DNA of 64,000 nucleotides from Candidatus Atribacteria bacterium UBA6251 (GTDB taxonomy: Bacteria; Atribacterota; Phoenicimicrobiia; Phoenicimicrobiales; Phoenicimicrobiaceae): contig DJVR01000064.1 of the NCBI GenBank assembly GCA_002441285.1, positions 313 to 64,312 of the forward strand, in the 5' to 3' direction. The notes below the pieces were generated by a model. It was not told the origin of the DNA and did no database searches. It saw nothing but the letters and a program-made list of their open reading frames with translations. This document shows positions 1 to 9,420 of this stretch, piece by piece; the first letter of the stretch is position 1; every line of letters begins with the position of its first letter. The position numbers and the translations under genes are program-made.

Positions 1-3000
1 GTCTAAAATTAAATTAAGATCAGCCTTTCTTAAAATAGGATTAATTACCCTGCTTATCGGATTAATAGTTACTGGTGCTTACTTAACCATTCGAAGTAAT
101 CTAGCCAGAGAAGAGCTTAAAAGATTGATTGCTGTTCAATTAGAAAAGATTATGGAGCGGGGCATCTATATCGGGAAGATTAAAAATTATTCTCTGCACT
201 CTTTAACTATATCCGATTTTAGAATCTATAGAGATAAAAATTTACAAGCAGAAGATTTGATCTTTTCTGCTGATGAAATGATAGCTAATTATAACCTCGA
301 TCTTTTTTCTGCTCTAAAAAAAGAGACTGGTTTGTTGCTTGAAGATATTACTTTTAGACAAGCAGAAATGACTCTAATTAGGGATCAAAAAGGAGTTTTT
401 GATTTTCCAGAAAAATTTAACCTTCACCTGGATAAGTTTCCAGTATTTTATCAGGTAAAAAAGATTAATTTTCAGGATAGTACACTAAATTACTTAGATT
501 ATTTTACCACTAAGGAAGATGGACTTTGTATTTTAGCAGATTCGGTACAGGGATATTTTAATCTGAGTAATTTGCCCAGGATAGAATTTAATATTTCTGG
601 ATTAAGAAGGGAAGACCAAAGCCCTTTGACTATTGGTGGACAATTTTTTCTTAATTCCTCTAACTATTCTCTGGACTTTACCCTTAAAGAAGCAGAAATT
701 AGTCATTTTCAATATTATGTAAAAGATGCCAGTATATTAAATCTAGAAAAGGGAAAGTTTGACCTTAATTTACATCTTGTTCATAATGAAGAAAATACTC
801 CAGCAGAGCTTATGCAAACTGGAGAAGCTTCTTTTAGAGAAGTAGAATTCTCCCCTGCATTTTTTGGAGGATTAAATTTTCATCAAGCAGAAGGAAAACT
901 TACCTTAAATAATCAAAAGATAACTTTGCAGCAGCTTAAAACCTTCTATCAAGATTCTCCTTTGGTTTTAAGTGGAAAGATTAACTATGATGACCAGGGT
1001 ATAGATTATCATTTAAATCTTAGCTCTAATAATTTTTCTTTAAGCGATTTAGAAGAAGGTTTACAAGAAAATTTTGCTTTTAATTCTGAGCTTAATGTTG
1101 CCGGTACTTCTCATTTAAGGATGGAAATAATTGGTTCATCAGATACACTACAGTTTCAGGGTAGTCTATCCAGTGCGCAGCTAAAATTAGGTGGATATGA
1201 TCTCTTTAAGATGAATACTGACTTTTCTTATGCTCAAGATGTTTTCTATTTAAAAAATTTTGAGGCGGAAGTAGAAAATGGCAAAATAAATGGGAAAGGA
1301 AAGATAATTTCGCTGAACCATCTACCTCAATATAATCTTTCTTTTCATCTAGAAAAGATAGATTCTACCAACCGCTTAATTGCTAATCTTCCTTTAAGTC
1401 TTTTAAAACAAGGTTTATGTTCAGCTGAAGTTGAAATTAATGGTGGGTTGAATTGGGAAGAAAAAATTAATCTTTTCCTGAAAGGAGAAATAGCTAATTC
1501 TTCAGGGACAACCTCCCTTCTAGCTAATGGTTTTATTTTAGAGGGGAACCATCTTAATCTATATGTTGAATGTTCTGGAATTGATCTTAAGGAATGCGGT
1601 AAAATAATTCCTGAGCTTGAGCTTTTTGGAAAGGCTAATTTTAGCGGTGAAATTAAAGGTGTTCCAGAAGATCTAAAAATAAATGGTAATCTAAAAATTA
1701 AAGAGGCTCAAATAGCCAAAATTCCTCTTAATAACTTAGAGACCCGGATAGATTATCAAGCCCATCAAGTAGAATTACAGGATATATTTCTAAAGAATGA
1801 CGGCTTAATAGCAGATGGGAAGGGGAAAATTATTTTTATTGAAAATCAAGGTATCAAGACAGATCTTAATTTTCAAGTCGAAGAGCTGGGTTTAAATTAT
1901 CTTAACCAGTTTATAAGTAAGGAGAATCTCCCTTTAACTGGTAAGGCCAAGGGAGACCTTAAATTACAGGGAATTGATTCAGCCATTACTGCTCAGGGAA
2001 ACTTAGAAATTTGCGATTTTGCAATCGCAGATTTTAAATTTAATTCTGCAGACCTAACCTTTGATTATCAAGAGGGAAAGATAATACTAGATAAAGTTTT
2101 GCTTAATTCCCCAGGAGGTGCTCAATGTTATGCTCAAGGAGACTTAGATTTATCTTCCGAATCTCCCTTGAATTTAAGGATAAATTTCTTAAAGCAAGAT
2201 CTTACCGCTATAATTTCTAATTTTATTAATTTAAAAGAGTTACAAACGATAACTGGGCGGGCTACAGGTTCCCTGGAGATAAAAGGTGACTTAAAATCCC
2301 CTGATTTTACTCTAGCTTCTGTCGTTGATTTTGCTCGGGTAGGGGAAATTCCTTTAAATTCTATAGAGATAAAGGCAGAAAAGATCGGTGAGGTGATTAG
2401 CATAAATAATTTGACTCTGCATCAAAAAAAGGGTAAGTTTACTGCTCAGGGATGGATTGATTTAAGAGAAGATAGGCATAATCTAGGAATTTTACTTAAT
2501 GCTGACCAGGTAGATTTAAAACAATTAAATGATATCTTTGGTTTTACAGAAGAGATTGAGGGTTTAGTGAGCCTGCATGCAGAAATAAATGGTCCTTTTA
2601 ACTCTCCCTATATCTCTATCCAGGGAGATATAAAACAGGGCAAGGTTGCTGATTTTGGGTTTGAAAAATGCAGCATAGATGCCTTATATGAGCAAAATAT
2701 TTTACAGATTAAAAGTTTTAATTTAGAGAAGGAAGGGCATCTTATTCAAGGAACAGGAAGGATTCCTTATAAATTTTCTCCGGGAAATAAGGAAGAAACA
2801 GTTACCAGCCTTGCTGATCTTCCTCTGGATTTTAATTTACTGATGCAGAATATGGAATTAAGTCTATTGGAACTATTATTCCCTCAAGAAATTAAACAGA
2901 TTCAAGGAAGAGGTAATATTTCTTTACAGCTTTCTGGGAGCTTTAATCAACCCATCCTTAATGGAGTGATTTCCTTACAAGTAAGCGAAGCAGAATTTTA

Positions 3001-4147
3001 CTCTTTGTCTAAAAAAATAAATAATTTAAATGCCTCTCTAGAAATAAAAGATAACTTGGTTAAAGTAAAAGAAATGGATTTTTTGGTAGATAATTTTAAG
3101 CTAAATACTGCCGGTACTCTAGTTTTAGAAAAATGGAACCTTCAGGATATTAGTTTAGATCTCTGGACAGCTGAAGAAGCATTTGCCTGGCAGGATATCT
3201 TTCAGGCTCAGGTTAAACTCCAGGCCAGGATAGAAGGTTCCCTTAAGGCAGCCCATCTTTCTGGAAATTTAGTTATTGCCCAAGGGAAGATTAACTGGAC
3301 TACCATTAATCAGAATATTTCATTTCAACCGGATCAGCTTTTTACCCCTTTAGCTGGTTTATCGGGTGATGTTGATTTAGAGATAGAAATTGTTGATGAT
3401 CTTCAGGTAAGAACCTCTGATATTGATTTAAAATTAGGCGGTATTACCAAGCTGCAGGGTGATTTAACTTCTCCCCGTTTTAATGGGGAATTGAAAATTA
3501 AACAGGGATATGTCTCCTTTTTAGATAAGAGTTTCAGAATTTCCAGTGGTAGATTATTATTGGTTGATTCTACAGGAGATGATATGATATTAGATATCGA
3601 TGCACGAACTAAAATTGATGATATAGAGGTATTATTAAAAATAAGCGGTATTTTAGGACGACCAGTTATGACTTTGAGTTCTTCTCCTTCGCTAAGTGAA
3701 GGGGAGATTGTCGCTTTATTAATGTTTAATAAAAATTATGCCGGGCTTACTCAGGGAGAATTAGAAATAGTTTTACAGGAAGAATTAATCAATTTAATTG
3801 CTCAGGGGTTAAGTATAAGATTTTTGAACCAATTGGAAAATAGAATAGCAGAATCTTTAGGTTTGGATGAATTTAAAATAGAAACTATTTTCCAGAAAGA
3901 AGAAACAGATTCTAGTTTTAGCCTTTTTCCTGATTTTAGTTTACAATCTTTAGCTTTTAAATTAGGTAAATATTTTACTGATAATTTCTATTTCAGTTAT
4001 TCTATGCCTTTATTGGAAATGGGTTTGGGAGAGCTGGAACTAGAATTTAAATTAGATGAAGATCTAACTTTTAGCACTAAACTTGATTCTTTAGGTTTAC
4101 AAAAGAATGAATTTGAAGTAAAATTTGAGTTAAACTATGAGTTTTAA
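1..4147 (+). CDS. tamB: TamB-like translocation/assembly module protein (C-terminal DUF490-type), 5' end outside window
   Basis: The ORF track starts at 125, but the same frame stays open back to nt 2. There it encodes a hydrophobic N-terminal anchor (FLKIGLITLLIGLIVTGAYL), so the true start is at or left of the window edge. The protein is >1300 aa, repetitive and beta-rich. The C-terminal block LSSSPSLSEGEIVALLMFNK is typical of TamB. It lies directly upstream of bamA. Confidence 0.8.
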   Translation, partial: SKIKLRSAFLKIGLITLLIGLIVTGAYLTIRSNLAREELKRLIAVQLEKIMERGIYIGKIKNYSLHSLTISDFRIYRDKNLQAEDLIFSADEMIANYNLDLFSALKKETGLLLEDITFRQAEMTLIRDQKGVFDFPEKFNLHLDKFPVFYQVKKINFQDSTLNYLDYFTTKEDGLCILADSVQGYFNLSNLPRIEFNISGLRREDQSPLTIGGQFFLNSSNYSLDFTLKEAEISHFQYYVKDASILNLEKGKFDLNLHLVHNEENTPAELMQTGEASFREVEFSPAFFGGLNFHQAEGKLTLNNQKITLQQLKTFYQDSPLVLSGKINYDDQGIDYHLNLSSNNFSLSDLEEGLQENFAFNSELNVAGTSHLRMEIIGSSDTLQFQGSLSSAQLKLGGYDLFKMNTDFSYAQDVFYLKNFEAEVENGKINGKGKIISLNHLPQYNLSFHLEKIDSTNRLIANLPLSLLKQGLCSAEVEINGGLNWEEKINLFLKGEIANSSGTTSLLANGFILEGNHLNLYVECSGIDLKECGKIIPELELFGKANFSGEIKGVPEDLKINGNLKIKEAQIAKIPLNNLETRIDYQAHQVELQDIFLKNDGLIADGKGKIIFIENQGIKTDLNFQVEELGLNYLNQFISKENLPLTGKAKGDLKLQGIDSAITAQGNLEICDFAIADFKFNSADLTFDYQEGKIILDKVLLNSPGGAQCYAQGDLDLSSESPLNLRINFLKQDLTAIISNFINLKELQTITGRATGSLEIKGDLKSPDFTLASVVDFARVGEIPLNSIEIKAEKIGEVISINNLTLHQKKGKFTAQGWIDLREDRHNLGILLNADQVDLKQLNDIFGFTEEIEGLVSLHAEINGPFNSPYISIQGDIKQGKVADFGFEKCSIDALYEQNILQIKSFNLEKEGHLIQGTGRIPYKFSPGNKEETVTSLADLPLDFNLLMQNMELSLLELLFPQEIKQIQGRGNISLQLSGSFNQPILNGVISLQVSEAEFYSLSKKINNLNASLEIKDNLVKVKEMDFLVDNFKLNTAGTLVLEKWNLQDISLDLWTAEEAFAWQDIFQAQVKLQARIEGSLKAAHLSGNLVIAQGKINWTTINQNISFQPDQLFTPLAGLSGDVDLEIEIVDDLQVRTSDIDLKLGGITKLQGDLTSPRFNGELKIKQGYVSFLDKSFRISSGRLLLVDSTGDDMILDIDARTKIDDIEVLLKISGILGRPVMTLSSSPSLSEGEIVALLMFNKNYAGLTQGELEIVLQEELINLIAQGLSIRFLNQLENRIAESLGLDEFKIETIFQKEETDSSFSLFPDFSLQSLAFKLGKYFTDNFYFSYSMPLLEMGLGELELEFKLDEDLTFSTKLDSLGLQKNEFEVKFELNYEF

Positions 4148-4184
4148 GTAAAATATAAAAATAACCCTCCAGGAGGAATAAAGA

Positions 4185-5936
4185 ATGAAAAAGAAAAAGT
4201 TCAAGTGGTTTTTATGCTGTTTTATTTTAGTGAACGTATTTTTAGTTAGTATTGTTAATTCTACCTTAGCTCAAACCAATAATCAGGGCAAGATTACAGC
4301 TATAGTGGTAGAAGGAAATGAAAACGTTGCCAAGGATTTAATTATATCTCAAATATCTTCTAATCTGGGGGATGTTTTTTCTAAGGAAAATCTGGAAAAA
4401 GATATGAAGGCTATTTATGATCTGGGTTATTTTCAGGATGTGAAAATTAAATTAGAATCATTTAGAAATGGTTATAAAGTAGTATTTACAGTGATAGAGA
4501 ATGCTATTCTTAAAGATATAAAGTTTTCAGGTAATACTATAGTATCCGAAGAAGAGATGAGGGAAGTAATGATTGTGAAGGAAGGACAGATTCTTTCTTA
4601 TAAAATATTGAAGAATGATTTGGAACGTATCTCTCAACTTTATAAAGAGAGGGGTTACCTATTAATCGATTTTGCCAAGGTTGATTTTAGCCAGGAGGGA
4701 ATTTTAAGTATAGAACTTATCGAAGGGCGATTAGAGAAGGTAGCAGTAGAAGGAAATGACAAGACTAAAGAGAAGGTTATTACTAGAGAAATAAACCTGA
4801 AAACTGGTGATCTTTTTAATTTTGAAAAAGCAAAGAAGTCTCTTCAGAATATTTATAATCTGGGATTTTTTGAGGATGTGAGTATGAGGTTAGAGCCAGG
4901 AGAAGAGCCAGAATCTGTAATTTTGGTAATTAAGGTTATCGAAAAAGATACTGGTAAAATTGGAGTTGGAGTCGGATATAATACCGAAGAAGGATTAATG
5001 GGCTTTGCCGAATATGCTGAAGAGAATCTTTTTGGAGGAGGACAAAAACTACAAGCAAAACTGGAAATTGGGGGACGTACTACTTATAAATTTTATTTTT
5101 TAGAACCCTGGTTTGCCAATACTCCAACTTCGGTGGGGGTGGAGGCTTATGACAAGATTATCACCCGAGAAAACAAAGAAGGATCTACAGTAATTGGTGA
5201 ATATGATCTGGAGAGATTGGGAGGGAGACTAATTCTGGGTAGGAAGATAGGAGAATCCTTCAACTTAGGATTAGAATTAAAGAGTGAAAAGGTAACCTAT
5301 GAATTAGTTTCTGGAGAATTACCTGAAGATATTAATGAAGGATGGACTAATACCCTTACTCCGACCCTTTCTTATGATACGCGAGATAATGTATTCGAAC
5401 CTACTTCCGGATGGTTTCATAGTCTTTCTATAGAAAAAGCTGGTGATTTTTTAGGAGGAGATTATAGTTTTACTAAATATAATTTAACTTTACGGGCTTA
5501 TATTTCTACTAAATTTATTACTGATATATTTGATTTAAGAAGTTTAGAAAGCATTACCAACAAACTAAGCGAAGGAGTGTTAGCTCTGCGAGCAGCAGGT
5601 GGAATTGCCGATACCTCTTTACCTTCTTTTGCTGAGTATCAGGTAGGCGGGATGAATACTTTGAGGGGTTATGATTTTAATCAATTCTCCGGTGATAAAT
5701 CCCTGGTCTTTAATCTAGAATATAGGATTCCCTTGACGGATAGTTTTCAAGCAGTTATCTTTGCGGATTGGGGACAGGCTTGGGATTATTCAGAGGCTTT
5801 CAATCTGGAAGACCTAAAATTTGGGAGAGGATTAGGATTTCGTTATGAGACTCCTTTAGGACCGATTAGATTTGATTATGGCATCAATGAGGAAGGAGAA
5901 GGAAAGAGTTACTTTAGTATAGGTCATACTTTTTAA
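4185..5936 (+). CDS. bamA: Outer membrane protein assembly factor BamA (Omp85 family, POTRA repeats plus beta-barrel)
   Basis: Signal peptide, POTRA-like repeats (ITAIVVEGNENV..., LEKVAVEGNDKTKEKVI...), an Omp85 barrel and a terminal aromatic residue (...FSIGHTF). RBS ccaggagg lies upstream. Confidence 0.9.
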   Translation: MKKKKFKWFLCCFILVNVFLVSIVNSTLAQTNNQGKITAIVVEGNENVAKDLIISQISSNLGDVFSKENLEKDMKAIYDLGYFQDVKIKLESFRNGYKVVFTVIENAILKDIKFSGNTIVSEEEMREVMIVKEGQILSYKILKNDLERISQLYKERGYLLIDFAKVDFSQEGILSIELIEGRLEKVAVEGNDKTKEKVITREINLKTGDLFNFEKAKKSLQNIYNLGFFEDVSMRLEPGEEPESVILVIKVIEKDTGKIGVGVGYNTEEGLMGFAEYAEENLFGGGQKLQAKLEIGGRTTYKFYFLEPWFANTPTSVGVEAYDKIITRENKEGSTVIGEYDLERLGGRLILGRKIGESFNLGLELKSEKVTYELVSGELPEDINEGWTNTLTPTLSYDTRDNVFEPTSGWFHSLSIEKAGDFLGGDYSFTKYNLTLRAYISTKFITDIFDLRSLESITNKLSEGVLALRAAGGIADTSLPSFAEYQVGGMNTLRGYDFNQFSGDKSLVFNLEYRIPLTDSFQAVIFADWGQAWDYSEAFNLEDLKFGRGLGFRYETPLGPIRFDYGINEEGEGKSYFSIGHTF

Positions 5937-6026
5937 ATAAATCATTTAGTTAGTTGATTTAAGTTTAAACCTGAACCAACTAACCAGTTAAGAAAATAAT
6001 TAACCAAAAGAAATTTAAGGAATAAA

Positions 6027-6581
6027 ATGGAGGAAAATATGCAAACTTTGGGAAAAACATTAGTTAACAAAGTAGTAGTTATGGTATGGTTGTTAATTCT
6101 GACTATAGCTTTATGCTATAACGGAGCAGAAGCAGCGACCGCAAAAATTGGTTATGTAGATCTAACCGTAATATTAGCCCAACACCCCTATTCTCAAAAT
6201 ATCAAACAACTTACCCAGAATTTAGAAGAAGAACTAAAGAAGAGACAGGAGGAATTAAATAAACAGGGTAAAGGATTAGATGAAACAGAATTAAAAAAAT
6301 TAGAAGAGAAGTTTAACAGTGAATGGGAACCCATAAAACAAAAGATTTTATCCGAGATACAATCTTACCAGGCTGCCCGCTATGCTAATATCATAGAATC
6401 GATTAAAGCCGTAGGAGAAAACGGGAAATATGATTTAATATTAAGCAGCGAAATAAATGTTTCTTTGAGCAGTACTAGTCTGAATTATCCGATCATCCTC
6501 TATGGAGGAGAAAATATTACCCAGGATGTAATTAACGAAGTGTTAAAAAGGGTAGAAGAAGAACAGAAGGCAAAAAAATAA
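6027..6581 (+). CDS. skp: OmpH/Skp-like periplasmic chaperone
   Basis: 184 aa with an N-terminal signal/anchor and a lysine/glutamate-rich coiled coil, in the conserved position immediately after bamA. The start could instead be the internal ATG at 6039. Confidence 0.7.
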   Translation: MEENMQTLGKTLVNKVVVMVWLLILTIALCYNGAEAATAKIGYVDLTVILAQHPYSQNIKQLTQNLEEELKKRQEELNKQGKGLDETELKKLEEKFNSEWEPIKQKILSEIQSYQAARYANIIESIKAVGENGKYDLILSSEINVSLSSTSLNYPIILYGGENITQDVINEVLKRVEEEQKAKK

Positions 6582-6585
6582 ATTA

Positions 6586-7014
6586 ATGCAAATAAAATTA
6601 TCTATTCGGGAAATTGTAGATCTCTTACCCCATCGTTATCCTTTCTTGTTGGTAGATAAGATTATAGAACAAGAAAAGGATAAGATAGTGGGATTAAAAA
6701 ATGTAAGTAGTAATGAACCTTTTTTTTCAGGACATTTTCCGGGGTATCCAGTTATGCCGGGGGTACTGATTATTGAAGCTATGGCTCAGGTGGCTGGAGT
6801 ATTAATGTTTTCCCGGGAGGAAAATAAGGGAAGGATTCCTCTTTTAGTGGGCATCGATAATGCTCGCTTTAAGAAACAGGTCTTTCCGGGAGATCAATTA
6901 ATTCTGAAAGTTGAAATTATTAAGCAAGTAAAAGGTGTTGGTAAGGCTCGAGCAGAAGCTTTTGTAGATCAAACTTTGGTCGCCTCTGCCAATCTTATGT
7001 TTACTACTATGTAA
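6586..7014 (+). CDS. fabZ: 3-hydroxyacyl-ACP dehydratase FabZ
   Basis: Canonical hot-dog motifs: LPHRYPFLLVD and GHFPGYPVMPGVLIIEAMAQ. Confidence 0.95.
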   Translation: MQIKLSIREIVDLLPHRYPFLLVDKIIEQEKDKIVGLKNVSSNEPFFSGHFPGYPVMPGVLIIEAMAQVAGVLMFSREENKGRIPLLVGIDNARFKKQVFPGDQLILKVEIIKQVKGVGKARAEAFVDQTLVASANLMFTTM

Positions 7015-7043
7015 AAAAAAGTGCCAGGCACCTTTTTTTACAT
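7009..7043. repeat. Family A palindrome copy 1 (ATGTAAAAAAAAGTGCCAGGCACcTTTTTTTACAT), terminator-like
   Basis: 35-nt palindrome centred on 7026 with one mismatch. It contains the fabZ stop codon (7012-7014). Nearly identical copies sit at 17815, 18450 and 21963. Confidence 0.9.
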
Positions 7044-7054
7044 CTGGGGGGAAG

Positions 7055-7780
7055 TTGGTGCAGACTATTAAGACAGAAAGTTTAATTAAGGTTTACCGAA
7101 GAAGAAGGGTAGTTGATGAGGTAAACCTGGAGATAAAAAGAGGAGAAGTGGTAGGCCTTCTGGGACCAAATGGAGCTGGAAAGACCACCACTTTTTATAT
7201 CATTGTAGGTTTAATCAGTCCGGACAAAGGTAAGGTTTTTTTTAATAATAAAGAAATCACCAAAATTCCTATGTATCGACGAGCACGAATGGGTTTAGGT
7301 TATTTAGCCCAAGAACCCTCTATCTTTCGTAAACTTACGGTAGAAGAAAATCTCCTTCTCATTTTAGAATCTTTAGGTATAGAAAAGAGTGAACAAAAAG
7401 AGCTTTGTTATTCTATCTTAAAAGAATTACAGATAGAACATCTGGCTGACTACCGAGGTTATATGCTCTCAGGAGGAGAGAGGCGTCGGGTAGAGATTTC
7501 TCGCACCCTGGTTAGTTCTCCTTCTTTTATGTTGCTGGATGAACCATTTACCGGAGTAGATCCTATTGCTGTTTGTGATATTCAAGAGATTATCGCTTAC
7601 CTTAAAGAAAAAGGGTTAGGGATATTGATTACCGATCATAATGTTAGAGAGACTCTTAAGATTACTGATCGAGCTTATATTATGCACAATGGAAAAATCT
7701 TGACCCAGGGTACTCCTCAGCAGGTAGCTCATTGTGAGATTACGCGTAAAATCTACTTGGGAGAGAGGTTTAATCTTTGA
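7055..7780 (+). CDS. lptB: LPS export ABC transporter ATP-binding protein LptB
   Basis: Walker A GPNGAGKTT, signature LSGGERRR, Walker B MLLDEP, and an LptB-type C-terminal tail YLGERFNL. TTG start with the gggggaag RBS. Confidence 0.9.
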   Translation: MVQTIKTESLIKVYRRRRVVDEVNLEIKRGEVVGLLGPNGAGKTTTFYIIVGLISPDKGKVFFNNKEITKIPMYRRARMGLGYLAQEPSIFRKLTVEENLLLILESLGIEKSEQKELCYSILKELQIEHLADYRGYMLSGGERRRVEISRTLVSSPSFMLLDEPFTGVDPIAVCDIQEIIAYLKEKGLGILITDHNVRETLKITDRAYIMHNGKILTQGTPQQVAHCEITRKIYLGERFNL

Positions 7781-7821
7781 AATAGAATATTAATTAGTTA
7801 ATAAAGAGGGATTCAGAATAT

Positions 7822-8955
7822 ATGTATAGTTTAATTTTGATCCTTACTCTAATTATTGTTAGTGGTTTAATCGCCTCCATCGGTGATTATATAGGTTTAA
7901 AGATTGGAAAAAAAAGAGTATCTATTTTTGGTTTACGCCCTCATTATACTGCTATATTTATTACTATAATAACTGGAATTTTAATTGCAATTATCACTAT
8001 CACAGTGCTTACTATTACTTCTCAAGATGTTCGGACTGCTTTATTTGGAATGGAGGAATTGAAAAATCAGCTTTCCTATCTTTCTAAAGAAGTAGAAAGC
8101 CGAAATATACAGCTATCTTCCCTGCAGGGAGAATTAAAACAAAAATCCAATCAATTGCAGGAAATAGAAGAGCAATTCCAGCAGTTATCTCAGGAAATAC
8201 AGGATAAAACAGTACAACTTACTGATTTGTTATCAGTCAGAGAAGAATTAATTAAAGAAAAAGATAGACTAACTAAAGAAGTAGAAGAATTAAATAAAAC
8301 TATTAAAGCATTATATACTGGCATAACCCTGATGCGAGAAGGCGAGGTAATTTTTGAACCAGATGAACAGATTACTTTTACTGTTATTCAAGGAGGAAAA
8401 CCCAAAGAAGAAATTACTAAAGAATTAATTAAATTTTTAAATGATTCTTCAAGTGTAGCCTTATCTAAAGGAGCTAAATTAGATGAAAGAACCAATCAGG
8501 TGTTTATTATAGCTCAGCAAAATTATGATAATATTGTAGAAAACATCCATCATAGTGATAATAATAAGTATTGGGTAGTAAGACTTTTATCTGCCATTAA
8601 TATCCTGAAAGGAGAACCGGTATTAGCCTATTTTTCATTATTAGAGAATAAATTAATCTTCCAAAAAAACGAAGTAATTATTACCGAAGAAATTACGAGG
8701 TCTGGGGTATCTGAGGAAGTAGAGAAAAGTTTAATATCTCTATTGAGAAAAGTAAATCTTTTAGCGGTAGAAAAAGGGATTATTCCGGAACCAAAGACCA
8801 ATTTTGTAGGTTATGTTTCCGCGGTGAATCTCTATGATATAGTAAAAAAAATTGAGGAATCAAACTCTCCTATGCATGTCTCAATCATTTCTATAAATGA
8901 TACCTGGAGTACTAGCCCTTTAAGGGTAAGAATAGAGGCTGAGCCAGTTTCTTGA
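7822..8955 (+). CDS. Membrane-anchored coiled-coil protein (DUF3084-like architecture)
   Basis: Two N-terminal TM helices, a long heptad-rich coiled coil (QLSSLQGELKQKSNQLQEIEEQFQQLSQEIQDK...) and a C-terminal globular part. The family assignment is from memory of the architecture only. Confidence 0.5.
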   Translation: MYSLILILTLIIVSGLIASIGDYIGLKIGKKRVSIFGLRPHYTAIFITIITGILIAIITITVLTITSQDVRTALFGMEELKNQLSYLSKEVESRNIQLSSLQGELKQKSNQLQEIEEQFQQLSQEIQDKTVQLTDLLSVREELIKEKDRLTKEVEELNKTIKALYTGITLMREGEVIFEPDEQITFTVIQGGKPKEEITKELIKFLNDSSSVALSKGAKLDERTNQVFIIAQQNYDNIVENIHHSDNNKYWVVRLLSAINILKGEPVLAYFSLLENKLIFQKNEVIITEEITRSGVSEEVEKSLISLLRKVNLLAVEKGIIPEPKTNFVGYVSAVNLYDIVKKIEESNSPMHVSIISINDTWSTSPLRVRIEAEPVS

Positions 8956-9032
8956 ACCTAAATAAAGAAGATAAAGGTAGTTAACAAATATATATTTTAC
9001 TATTTTCTTTATGATCCTTGATTTATTTTTAC

Positions 9033-9062
9033 TTGACATACTATAATCATAATGCTTATAAT
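9033..9062 (+). promoter_or_regulatory. Sigma70-type promoter for the SLH porin gene
   Basis: TTGACA (9033-9038), 18-nt spacer, TATAAT (9057-9062). Implies a leader of about 350 nt before the ATG at 9421. Confidence 0.6.
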
Positions 9063-9420
9063 ATAATAAGGAAAAGTAAAGGATTTTAAGAAGAATTATA
9101 CAAGAGATTATTTGTTAAAAAATTAAAAAATTTTTCTAAAAAAAGAAGGATTTTTTTTACACCTTATAGTAATAATATCTAATGAATGAAATTAATTCAG
9201 CAAATAGACGTATCATCTCTAGAAGGTTAAAGTAGGAAGAAAGGAGGTGAAAAAATACTTGGATCTGCTTTAATTTAATGAGATGGTATTAAAACCAGTT
9301 AGTTTATTGATCAAAGGAAGTACTGATGAGGGAACTTTGGATACTCAAAAAGTATTTCCTCCAGATAGATAAGCTTACTGGTGAAATAAAAAATAAAAAC
9401 AAAAAACCAAGGAGGAAAAA

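Noticed and set aside
2134-2403. Antisense or out-of-frame track ORFs nested in larger genes. They are 2134..2403, 10867..11073, 11944..12402, 15830..16072, 26811..27005, 27240..27506, 28525..28734, 31463..31654, 32621..32851, 33743..33985, 39892..40089, 40869..41054, 41546..41818, 42546..42782, 46800..47006, 47607..47813, 47937..48200, 48213..48431, 52006..52230, 53839..54192, 58063..58251, 60447..60659, 61875..62081 and 62223..62438.
   Set aside because: Each lies entirely inside a longer ORF with clear family signatures or signal peptides. None has a convincing RBS or recognisable motifs, and their compositions look like mirror-frame artefacts.
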